This document shows positions 27,323-39,584 of a stretch of DNA of 64,000 bases, piece after piece. The first letter of the stretch is position 1. The number at the start of each line of letters is the position of its first letter. A program made the position numbers and the translations under genes. Source of the DNA: Epiperipatus broadwayi (lineage: Eukaryota; Animalia; Onychophora); the NCBI GenBank assembly GCA_028023455.1, contig JAQFVV010000003.1, positions 3,038,001 to 3,102,000 on the forward strand, written 5' to 3'. The notes beneath the pieces were generated by a model. That model made no database searches. It was not told the origin of the DNA and saw only the letters and a list, made by a program, of their open reading frames with translations.

Positions 27323-27938
27323 GTTTTCCTGAAGGTTTGTGATGATGGTATTATAGTTGTATTTTTATATTGGACTATTTCCATCATCTAATATGAGTAT
27401 GTCTTTAGAAAAATTTAACTTTATTTAAATATTCCAAATACATTCAACTGTTAGTAATAGTACATCAAACAGGTTAATATGCACAACATTTTGAGAAGTA
27501 TTTTTCCCCTCTTCTTTGGGTGTTGCTGGCCTGACCAGTGATAGTACTAGAATGGAATTCAAACCTGGACCCTTAGATTCTTGAGTATTGAACTTTAAGA
27601 TAATGCTCTAACCAACAGAACATTACCTTAAAATTCAATACTCAAGAATCTAAGGGTCCAGGTTTGAATACCATGCTAGTACTGTGCTCAGTTGGTTAGA
27701 GCATTACCTTAAAATTCAAGATTCTAAAGGTCCAGGTTCAAATACCATGCTAATATTATCACTTATCAGGCCAGCAACACCTGAAGAAGAGGGGAGAATA
27801 ATAACTCACGAAACATTGTGCATAAACTAACCCGTTTGATGTGCTATTACAAACATTTAAATGCATTTTGGAATATTTAAATAAAGTTAAATTTTTCTAA
27901 AGACATTCAATACTCAATAGTCCAATATAATAATACAA
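27323..27938. mobile_element. Family D fold-back element: tRNA-like head, HHR-like motif and 3' tail
   Basis: TSD atggagtattttagt at 27308-27322 and 27939-27953. A box gctcagttggttagagc at 27686-27702, B box ggttcaaatacc at 27735-27746, cac-CTGAAGA...GAAAcatt-gtg at 27778-27820. Confidence 0.8.
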
Positions 27939-28599
27939 ATGGAGTATTTTAGTTTATGCATACACGGAATTTTAAAATGTAGCATGAATGTAGCAAGCCC
28001 AAATATATAAACTGCTATTGTACAAAGATGTTCATATTTTACAAAATTCACTACTGATTAGCAGAGGCAATACACTTTTACTAAGGGAGTGTGATGACAA
28101 TATACATAAATCATAATATGAAATACCTACTACTAAGCACTTTGTGAAATAAAATGTAGGCTGATTTTCTAATTAAATAAATATTTTTTTCTTTTAAAAT
28201 TAGTCCACTGATTCTAATATATAAAATATATCATCCATCTAATATTCTTTATAAATCTTATACATTCTACCATATGAAGCAATTTTTTCTGCATTCATAA
28301 GTGAGTTATAGTCATGAAGATAAGTATATAAAAAAAGGACAAAAAAAGTTAACTAATTATAATTAATAGTTAAAGGGAAAAAAGGAAATAGATTCAAAAC
28401 AAGCCAAAAATTGTTAAAAGTATTAACTAAACAAGAAAGTTTTCAGGTTAATAAACATCATATTTATAAGTAGTTTGCTCAAAAGAAATCAAATTCACAA
28501 AAAATATTTTTCCCATTTTTATAATGTAGAGGCTGCAATGGAGACATGATCATCCTATTGGCAGAACTGGAGTCAAATCTAGAAATCAAGCAAATCTCT

Positions 28600-28960
28600 C
28601 CCCAGGGCTAAACTACCTAATAGATTTGGTCAAGATGACAATCATGATATAATCAAAGAATTGAGAATTAAAAATATTTGTCATATTGCAAATAGAGACA
28701 TTGACATTATAAAGATTTTTTCCTTTGCTGAATTTGAAGATTTGGTTGCAACAAAGGAAACCCTGTCTTTCAATGGCTCTTCTCTTGAAGATCATACTTT
28801 AAAAGTAGCAGTAGCTGAAAATAGAAGATCTCGCAGTGCTTCCAAAGGAGGTAGAAATGATGGTAGTGGCAAACATGAATATGGATATGATGGTAGTAGA
28901 GGTTATGGATTTGTGCATGGTGGAAGAAGCATGAACTGTAATAATTGCAACTCATGTGTA
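28600..28960 (+). pseudogene. EIF4H: eIF4H-like (RRM) processed pseudogene
   Basis: RDIDIIKIFSFAEFEDL..KETLSFNGSSLEDHTLKVAVAENRR followed by a Gly/Arg-rich tail, resembling the eIF4H RRM and C-terminus. RNP1 is degenerate and no intron is evident. Confidence 0.7.
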
Positions 28961-29629
28961 TCAGATAGCAACTCTCTTTTGCGATATATATTTCTAATTT
29001 CCTTTTTAAAAAATGTTTTTTATGCTTGAAAAACTATTTGTTGGTGCAGTATTTTTCAAATCTGACTGTCAATTATTATTCGTTAAATATTAGCGCTATT
29101 ATTTATATATATACATTTCCCCCCTTAAAATGGAGTCAGTACATTCCACAATTGTAGAACTTTTTATGATAACAGATTTTTTTTTTCCAATAATGAGAAT
29201 CTTTAAACTTGTTTTTAAAAAATTGATTATTTTTTTCGAGTCAGTGTAATATGTACTTCGGAATGATTTTTAAAATATTACTAAAGCCAAAAATGAAAAT
29301 AAAATCACTTATATTTTATGGTGATTTTCAAAGTCTATTTCCAATTATTCAACAAATAAACATATGGTTAAAAATCATATATAGATTTATAATACTATAA
29401 ATAAATAAGAAGAAGAATTTTAAAGATTTACAAATCAACATATATTTATAATTTACATTTACAAAAATTATCTTAACAATTAATTAAATCAACTATAATA
29501 TGCACATATAAAAGAACACTCTCTTATAAATTTACATTATTAAAAATCAAAATGTTTTTTAACATTAAAATTATGATATTCTTAACCTTCCCCTTCTGTA
29601 TTTTGGACAACAGAGAAATGACTTTTGGC

Positions 29630-29860
29630 CCATTCGCCCCCTAGTGAATTTTTTCATAAGTATTATACATTAAAATGCATGTAAAACAGTATATTTTATT
29701 ATAATTTTTTTCCCCGAAAATTCTGTGAAAAAAGCGCGAAATTCAAAATTCGACGCTCTTACAATAGATATAAGCCCCAACCTGACATGTTTAGCCATTG
29801 TCTGCTGCCAAGGCTATAAAATGTTTGGCGTTTTACAACATTGTAGTTACGAATAATGCA
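29630..29860. promoter_or_regulatory. CpG-retaining island with E2F/CHR-like and CTCF-like motifs
   Basis: gcgcgaaattcaaa at 29734-29747 and cgccccctagtg at 29635-29646; about 8 CpGs in 230 bp. Confidence 0.5.
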
Positions 29861-31268
29861 AAAATGTGCTTATTTGCAAATTTATTATGATTTTAGATAT
29901 TTTTTTTAAAATAATTTGCACTATATTTATTAGATATCAAGAAATATAAATTATTAATAACTTATTTTGACTTGAAATACTTTATTTTCAAAAATATGTT
30001 ATATTAGCAGATAACATAAATATGGCCTGAAGCAAGTTAGAAAATTCTAGCTTTGACATAAAGAATCTACTTTACATTTACGAATAAGAAAATTGCAATT
30101 TTGCAATAAATATTCAAAAAATTTAAACTTTTAAAGCATAATTCATTAGATATAAGAGCAATAAATAATTATTCATTCAATTTTTTAAAAATAATCAGAA
30201 ATAAAGGTTTTGTTGATTTTGTAAACTGAAAGTAATCTTTCTAGAAATGATGACATGTAAAGTCTTTGTTTTGTTTGCGATCTCATGTTTTTAATATTTA
30301 CAGAAACAAAATGTGAGCATTTAAAATTTATTTCAATAGTAAACAAAAATATCTATCAAAGGAAGTCAAATTTATTATTTTCTGATATGTAATAATCATT
30401 TTATCATATATTTTACATTGATGTGTGAGACAAATAAAAATGTCAGAAATAGTGAAAGACAGTAGGGTTAATATAGCAAAAGAAAAAATATATAATAACT
30501 CCAAAGACCATAAGAACATGGAATGAAATTTGTAGAAAGTTGTATGATTTTTATTAAAATATGATTTTTAAAAATAAAACTAAATATTTAAGATATATTT
30601 TAATATTCAATTTACTTGGATATAATTACTTTATCTACATTTTATCTAATAATTTTTTATTTTATCTATTCTTTAAATATATCTAATCTTAAAAGTAATT
30701 TTCAAAACATCAAATTACTTATCTTTTTATATCCTCTTTTCATATTTCTATTATTTCTTTGAAAACTATGTAATTAATCTTTTATAATTGCTAATATTAT
30801 TCAAATTTCCAATCCTAGCCTAAAGATAAATGTATGCTTATAGTCATTAAAAAGGTAAAAGAGCACCATTGTATATATACTGAATAGATTTTTGATCTAT
30901 ACAACTATAAGATCATATTGGTTAAGATTGAAAGTGTTAATATGTTGTTTTTTTTAATTTGGATTGTTAGCTTGATAGCAAAATAAAAGAGGAAAAGATG
31001 ACTGCTAGAGGAAATGTACATTAAATCCAAAAAATCTAGGTGCACTACTCTCAGATTCACCCATAATCTAGAAACTACTCTCAGAATATTAAATAGGACA
31101 TTAGCTAGGGATTTATTGAATTCTATCATCTATCATCTATTGATTATTCAAATTTACACTAAATAACATAACTGAGTGAGAAAAAGAGAATTTGCTACTA
31201 ATTTTTTTCATATTTACAAAAACAATTACCATTTTTTACTCTTACTATAAATGTGTACTTATCTATTT

Positions 31269-31501
31269 AAACAGGCAAAACTCTCTATATAATTGTGCCA
31301 CTCAGTGTAAGCCAGAGTACTCAATAGATGCCAAAACGCTTGTGCATAAAATCCCTATCTAGTACCTACTTATCCAATATCTCCAGACTAGTTTCTGACA
31401 TCCATTGATTACTCTGGCTTACACTGAATGGCACTACTATATGGAGAGTTTTGCCTGTTTTAATAAGTTATGAGCAAGCATAAGAAATGGTGATTGTGTG
31501 A
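31269..31501. mobile_element. Family A fold-back copy (3' half of HHR only)
   Basis: TSD tacttatctattt at 31256-31268 and 31502-31514; ends ...caagcataagaaatggtgattgtgtga. Confidence 0.85.
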
Positions 31502-32503
31502 TACTTATCTATTTTTAATATTATTTCTTTTTAAAAAAATTTTATCTCTTTTTATGCATAAATATTCTTTAATTATCCTTTTTTTATATCTTTAAATATA
31601 TTATATGTGGTAAAATTAGCTCATAGGATAACCAAAATTTCTATAAAAAAGTACATGGATAGTAATTTTTATTATTAGGATGATATTATAATAGACAACT
31701 TGTAAATTGTAAATGATGGTAATAGAAAGCTCATATGGAATTCCGTTGAACAGCTTCCCAACACCTTCAATTATTATTTTATATAAAACATGTGAAAGAT
31801 GAAATGCTTATTATTAAACATAATGTTTTGTAGTAATAAAGCACACAAATAATAATATTACAGTCAAGTAGGCATTATAATCAAATCTATTTTAATAATA
31901 ATATACATATGGTAATAAATAAAATAAAAAAACACTGAAAGTTCTTGTGTAATAGTTTATTACATTGTATAAATTTTATTATTTTCATTTTCTTTTAATT
32001 ATAAAAAGAAAAAATGAAATAATTTGTTTTCTTGTTTTGATTTTGAAAAACACATTAATAAATTTTTATGTTAATTTAAAAACATTTTACTTTGAAAAAC
32101 ACATTAATAAATTTTTATAATGTTAATTTAAAAACATTTTAATTTGATTAAAATGAATTTTAATTTTTTAAAAATTATACTTTTGTTTACTTTTAAATAA
32201 TGAAATTCCTAAGAAGATGTAACATAAGCAGACATTGGATAATTATCAAGATTGATATGGTACCCATAAATTAGAAATAGTTGGATGTTGAGATAAATAA
32301 TAGATATTTTTTGATTTATAGTTTAGCCAATATGTTACAAGAATTTATTCCAATTTTGGCACTGATATAACTTGAGAACTCCTTATAATCTCTTTCCAAT
32401 ATATATATATAATTAAAGAGAAAGGATTTCCACCTGCTGTATTGATCTTATAATAATTCAATGATGTCATGTTGAATACTGAAAATACTTGATAGAGTGT
32501 CAA

Positions 32504-32575
32504 GTGTTGGTGGTCTAGTGGTTAGTGTAGCTGCCTTCCAAGCAGCTGGTCCGAGTTCATTTCCCAGTCAACACA
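32504..32575 (+). pseudogene. Retroposed tRNA-Gly(TCC) pseudogene / SINE-like copy
   Basis: Matches tRNA-Gly-TCC (gctgc-cttccaa-gcagc arm) with decayed acceptor and T stems, followed by tgacatatg and poly(A). Imperfect TSD aaaatac..gatagag. Confidence 0.85.
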
Positions 32576-32804
32576 TTTGACATATGAAAAAAAAAAAAAA
32601 TACAAGATAGAGACTTTTGAAAACAGTGATCATCTTATCTTTAAACCTATATTCTAATTATATAGGCTAATCTTAAACATCTTAGTTTGAGAGCATAAAG
32701 ATGTTTCTCTATTCACTTTTACATCCATTATTTTCATTCACATATTAATGTTCACAATTTTTTTCAATTTTCTACATATTAATATTATGAATTATTAGAA
32801 ACTA

Positions 32805-32848
32805 TGTAATGAGTGGCAATGTGTACAGAGAGTTTTGCCTGTTTCAAT
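32805..32848 (+). mobile_element. Family A fragment
   Basis: gagtggcaatgtgtacagagagttttgcctgttt. Confidence 0.7.
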
Positions 32849-33352
32849 TACTATTTCCTATAATATACATTTTATTATGCTTATAAATTTATCTTTATCT
32901 ATAAATAAAATATCTATTTCTAATTTATTATCAATAGTATTGTATAACTTGTCTAGTCTTTGCAAAGTAAAGTGTTCTAAATCTAAAGTTTTAGTAGTTG
33001 ATATTTCTATTTTCTCATGATAATTTCATGTTTCTTAAAAATTCTTTAAATTTAATTTTAGTTATATAATTTGATAAGCATAAGTTCTCATATATACTAT
33101 TATTTAATAATATTAGATCTTTTAATTGTCTCTGTTTTATAAGTGACAGATAATACTTCTTCTGATTTATATTTATATATTTTATAAAATTATTAAATAT
33201 TTTCTGTAGCATGTTTACCATTGTTATATTGATTCTATTCCATACATATGTCTGATCCAAAATGTATCACTGACAGTACTAGAGCTTTAGATAATATAAT
33301 TTTTGTTTCTATGAAGAAGTTTTTACCATTTCTCAATATTCTTCCTATAGAT

Positions 33353-33980
33353 TAAATTGAGAGAGTGCAAATTTCTCAAGCGCTTGTGACTATTAGTAAC
33401 CAATCATATCTTAAGCACTGGGACAGGAAATTTAATAAGAAAAGAATGGATTCCACTCTCTTCTTTACTTGTCTTTCTATATATCCAAGCCAGTCCAAAG
33501 TACTTATATCTGAGAGCGTGAATCTTAAATATCATCACACTTAATTGACTGAATTCAAATTATAAACATACAGCGTGAAATCTTTCGATTTACTACGCAG
33601 TAGTTTTTCGATGTTATAACTTTGCAGCAATATATGTAAATAATATTTTATAAAGTGCAGATGGTTTTGAAAATTAAATTGAGAGAGTGCAAATTTCTCA
33701 AGCGCTTGTGACTATTAGTAACCAATCATATCTTAAGCATTGAACTCAGTCAATTAAGTGTGATGATATTTAAGATTCACGCTCTCAGATATAAGTACTT
33801 TGGACTGGCTTGGATATATAGAAAGACAAGTAAAGAAGAGAGTGGAATCCACTCTTTTCTTATTAAATTCCCTGTCCCAGTACTTAAGATATGATTGGTT
33901 ACTAATAGTCACAAGCGCTTGAGAAATTTGCACTCTCTCAATTTAATTTTCAATACCGTCTGCGCTTTATAAAATATTAT
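33353..33980. mobile_element. Family F complex fold-back element
   Basis: ~210-bp inverted arms (33353-33560 vs 33735-33945) plus an internal repeat of the first 60 bp. TSD-like ttcctatagat at 33342-33352 and 33981-33991. Confidence 0.8.
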
Positions 33981-35200
33981 TTCCTATAGATGTATAACTC
34001 TTTTTTTTTATTTCTTTATAATGTGTGTTGTAGGAATTATTACTGTCAAAATTTATTCCAAGATGATGATGATAATGATAATAATAAAAATAAATGATAA
34101 ATAAATAATGATAATAAATAATGATAATAAAATTAAATATTGTTAAAAACATAGGTGCTGGGTCTAATTGTTCGTTTCTAGAGAAAATGGTTAAGCTTGA
34201 GGCTGAATTTCAATTGATGATTACCTAGCAACATTATTGCTGAACATATTTCTCTATTTGTTACATGAAAATTCCCCACTTATTCATTTGCTAAATCTTA
34301 ATTAATTCATGTAAATGTTGAAATTACAGGTTTGAAGGTAGGTACAACGACTAACTATAGAGTATTATAAAAAATAGTAGCACTTAACCATCATCAAGGA
34401 TAATTTGCCACTGCTTGCTGCCTTCTTAATTAAATTAAATTCTCTTCAGCTTCTCTGCATTTAAAGCTACATTTAAATTTTAATGAATCTTTTACAGTAT
34501 TAATAAGAAGTAAAACTCTTTAAAGCATCTGTGCCTTTAGATGAAGCTTTTTTTATTATCTAGGTACATTTGGAATTTAATAAAATTATAATCATTCTGA
34601 AAGTTTTTCTCCAGCAAAGGTTTCTTTTTTAAAAAAAAAAAAAAGTTGTAATAATTATGAGCTTAATTAAATATTTATTTAACATTATCGCATCATCTCT
34701 TTCTAGTCTCTCCCCCAACTTCAGTTTTTTGATTAATGTTCTGAAATTTTCAGTTTAAGAATAACGAGAACTCTAAATTAAAAACTGTAATTCATTAAAA
34801 AAAATAAACAATGGCTCTTCTCTTGAGATCGCAATTACCAAACTTACTCATCTGAAAAATTACTCTCAGTATTTTCATTCTACTTTTTTTCTCAAATATA
34901 TATATTTTTTTAATTAAAAAAATGAATATTTAATAGAATGTAAAAATAAAACACTATGTATATATATTTAAAAAAAAAAAAAAAAAGATTACTGCTTAAT
35001 TAAAATTAAAAAATTCAATTATTTTTTTTTAAAATAAGCATTTAAAAAAATAATCTATGTATATACATTAAATTCTCTGCTTGGGATTAGACTAAGAGAA
35101 CTAAGCAAAAAGATACATCTACCATAATTTAATAATTGTCGATAATAAGTTGTCATTACTTGTCTGCCGCTTAACATAGAGTTACAAAATACATTTTAAT

Positions 35201-36059
35201 ATATATATGGGATTCGAGCTCAGACTTTCACACGATCCTCAATTCAACAGGCCAGCTCATATTGCTGAACTACCTGATCACACACATGTTAAAAGATAAA
35301 TAATCACCAATATTAGTATTTCGTGCTAAACCAGCAAACATCAGTTGGTCCAGATTACCATCTCCACACATATAAACAATCAGTGCTCAGCTTTATATTA
35401 AGATAGCCAATGTTCATACTTTAATGGACAGGCTTCAAACTACTCCAACCACAACTCTTCAGCCATCCATTTCATTGAAAATCTGATGATGGAATGTTCA
35501 AAGCCCACGTTAGTGCCAAGGTTGTCATCCTACCCATGTTCACATTAGTCATTCTGATCCCTCATGTATAGAAGAATAATCCATTTTACATACATATGTG
35601 AGTAATGGGCAGACCTTTAATGCACTATATTTCAATATGTAACATGAGGGGTCAGACTGACTAATGTCAACATGGGTAGGATGATAACCTTGGCACTAAC
35701 ATGGGCTTTGAACATTCCATCATCAGAATTTCAATGAAATGGATGGTTGAAGAATTTTGGGTTGGAGTAGTTCAAAGCCTGTACATTAAAGTATGAAGAT
35801 TGGCTATCTTAATATAAAGCTGAACACTGATTGTATATATATGTGTGGAGATGGTAATCTGTACCAACTGATGACTGCTGGTTTAGCATGAAATACATAT
35901 ATTAGTGATTATTTATCTTTTCAACATGTGTGTGATCACATGGGTCAGCAATATGAGATGGCATGGAGAGTTGAGGGTCATGTGAAAGTCTGAGTTTGAA
36001 TCCCATATATATTACATTATATGTGCAGGGGTGTGTAAGCCTATACAGTGTATTAAATT
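35201..36059. mobile_element. Family C fold-back element with two HHRs (35307-35348 -, 35864-35905 +)
   Basis: ~390-bp inverted arms homologous to 11022-12195. TSD aaaatacattttaat at 35186-35200 and 36060-36074. B-box-like gagtttgaatccc at 35992-36004. Confidence 0.88.
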
Positions 36060-39000
36060 AAAATACATTTTAATGAAATCTATTGCTTAAAGTTATGCTG
36101 TAAAATAATGAAGCCCTTAATATAATAAAATTATGTGGCTATGTGTGCGTATATATGTATATAAATTACAATGTCACAGCCTTCATGTTTAAACAAAACA
36201 ATAAAATATCTGTTGTCCTCGACAACAAATTGCTGATATTCTATTGTTTTGTTTAAACATAAAGATTATATAGTTTTAATTAGTCCACTGCAGCACAAAG
36301 ACTTCTCAAGTTGCCCTTTATCAGGCTGATTAATTGTCGTCTGATGAGAGTTTGAGTATTTTCCAATCCCTATTCTACATTCTAGCTAAGAACAGCTAGT
36401 TGTCCAAATATATAACCAGTATTGGATAGATAACTGAATTAAATATGGATAGAAAATCTGTAGGAAAAATTCTGTCTATTGAAAAAATTTTAAGTTTACT
36501 ATGTCAAAATTCAAAACCAGCTCATAGGCACAGCAGAAAGATGCATTAATATTATAAACATTAGAACCTTTTCTATATGTATAGGCTACGATTTTGAACG
36601 GTTTGATTTTTTATAAGATACCTCAAAGCATTTAAATGAAGTAAATTTTCAGAGTTAAAATTAGTTAGCTTGTAAAATTTGTAAACAGGTGTACCAAAAT
36701 TTTCAAAATCAAATTTAAAAATTTGGGGAAGATAAATTAAAAATTGAAATTATATACATATTCCTACAAGCAAAAATTATTAAGAAACATATAGTTCATA
36801 TGAGTTCGACAGATATGCTTCAAATATTCAATATTGACCTTTTAAATTCTGTGAAGGATTTATAATTTTATGAAGATAATTCTTTATTTTTTAATTCTCT
36901 ATTTTCTTTTAATGTAAAAAAGTAAGAGAAAATATTTTCATGAAGTGTTATAATATAGTGCTAAAAGAAACCTCAAGAAACTGAGTTTCCTAACTAAAAT
37001 TTTTGCTTATTTGCTATATTATTTTGTTGAAATCTACACAAAGTATGTATCTAAGTTTGATAAAAAAAACACTTCTAAAAGCAATTATTCTCTTTCTAGA
37101 TAACAAATAAAACTTCATTTAAGGACAACTAATGAGTGGAAACTTATCATCTATGTGGAAAACTATATTATCACAAAAACTAGAAATGAATATTGATAAA
37201 ATAATTTCTCATAAGGGATGCAAAGTTTCAAATAAAAAAATACTAAATTGATATCAAAGGTGTTATTTTTTTATGTAAGGATTAGTTATGATATGCTGTC
37301 AATTCTAAAATGGAAAATAATGTATTTGGCTCATTCCAATGTCAAAAATTATTTTTATGTTTCAAAATTCCAAGAAAAAATACCCTCAAGTGATAATCTT
37401 ATCAAATATTTAAAATTTTCATTTAAGTTGTTTTACTGAAGCATACTAGAAAAATGAAACACAATCATTGTTTTGAAACTTGGAGAGGTGGGGACCTAAG
37501 TTTGATTAAGAAAAAATAAATAGATATTTTCACTATTTTAGGTACAAACTTAAGTAATCCAGTTCCTATTTGAGTTTATTACTATTATTTTAATTAGAAT
37601 TTTAAAAATATTTATTTTTTAATGCTTCTATTAATTTTTAATAACAATTGCAAGAAAATTAGGAAAATGTATTTTAGAAAGTTAGAGTTGTATTTCAAAA
37701 TGAGAATCTTTGAAAAATAAAAAAAGCATGCATCCAATGGATAATCAGCCATCTTAATTTATTATATTATTTTAATTTCCTTTTTTAAATAGTATACTAA
37801 TTTATTAAAAATTAAATTAAAAAATGATACTTGTATAAATTAAAACTCGTCAAAATGATGTTTCAATAGACCTATATACTCATCTCTCTCAAGTTAAAAT
37901 AGATTTCACATTATCAATTGTTGGGTTATTTGATACTCAAGCTGCATAACAATTCTAGTTAAGAATTGGCAAACAGACACAAAAAAAAAACAATTAGTAA
38001 TAACAACCACATACTTTTTTATTGCTTTATTCATGTCCTCTGTCAAGTGATTCTTTGAAGTCATAAAACCAAGTCATAAAAACTATTTGTCAGATTACTT
38101 AACATTCCTATAAATGATAAAGTAAAATAAATTTACCTATAATAGTTCCTGCATCTTTGGCTGGACCCCTTAAAAGAAAAAAAAAATCAATTTAACGTAA
38201 CAATAGATAATATATGCATATACATTATATATATATATTGTGTGTAGCAGTTATGAATCCTAATACTATATTATGTTTTCATACATATGCAAAGAAAAAA
38301 AAAATGCTTGTGCTCTTCACATAAGATGGAGCCATTATCAACATACCAATGATGAAATAAAAAACTTGTTGATAAATTTCATATTTTTCATTAAAAAAAT
38401 ATTAAGCAAAAAACATAAAAATAATATATTTAAATTATGAAAATAATACATTTAACAATCAAACCAATGCCCAATGACTATGAGATAAATTTTAATCAAT
38501 AACACAAGCATTCTATCAGAAATCTAATTAGCACTGTGGCCAAATGCAACTTCATAGGAAATTAAATGACCAAACCAATCCGTGAGTTGAATATATGCAA
38601 CAATACAAAAAGTAAACCATATAATCCATAAGAAAGTAATTAATGGCAATAATTAAAAATATATAAATTCAAAAAAGATATTTGTGTATGAGAAAAATGA
38701 AAAATTGTGGATGCCATAAAAAACACACAGGCAAAATTATTCCTTTACCTATAGAAAGCACATTTTTCATTTTTTCCATATGTGGACAGCTTTTTTGGCA
38801 TTTGATTTCTTATGAATTTATTGCCATAAATTAATTACTTATACTTTATATGGCTTACTTTGTGTATTATTGTGGTTGTTAAATTCTTAAATTATATTCA
38901 ATTCATATATTAGTTTTGTGATTTAATTTCTTACGGAGTTGCATTTAGTTTCATCACTATTTTAATTTTATATGAAATGATTACATTAATCATACTTATT

Positions 39001-39584
39001 GGATGTATTGTTTTCTACTCTTTATACAATGATTTGTTTGCTATATATTGTACCAGGTTGTAGCTTTTTCATCTATTTTTTTATATTTATCTAGATTCCG
39101 GTTACTAAAGGGGTTTTGAATCATACAAGTATAACAGATTAATGTTTGTGATATGATCAAATTGTTCCCTCCTTTTTAATTTAATAAATAAATATTAAGA
39201 AAAATGTGATTATATTTCCTGGCCAATCTAACCTTGAATCATATATGATATGATATAAAACAGAACTATAACTTGTGATCGCTTTTATTTATTTATTTCT
39301 GGCACCAGTGTTCATTGGACGATATTAGCTGAACACCTATCACAAGGTTAATAAAGATGGAATTTCTTTTTCTTCTTTATAATTACAAGTTTTTGTTATC
39401 TGGTTCCTATTTATGGAAGTTTAACAAATTAGTTACATGTATTAACATTCTTACATGAAGGAATCTAGATAATAAAGATTGCTGAATTTAAATTACAACA
39501 TAAATTTAATAAACAAATAATTACATATTTATTAATACTATCTTATTGAATTTTATTAAACATTAGTTAGAATATATATATATT

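Noticed and set aside
32040-32145. Short local tandem duplications (also ~17218, ~22180, ~25245, ~26327/26604, ~63102/63338)
   Set aside because: Ordinary slippage or local duplication with no evidence of function.
33890-33940. HHR in family F (cttaaga...caagcgctt)
   Set aside because: No GAAA and no stem I, so it is not called as a ribozyme; kept only as a lead.
37880-38810. Possible spliced mini-exons on the minus strand (…KCAFY/RGPAKDAGTII)
   Set aside because: Splice-like sites exist, but the frame is ambiguous and no protein is recognised; this is plausible by chance in AT-rich DNA.
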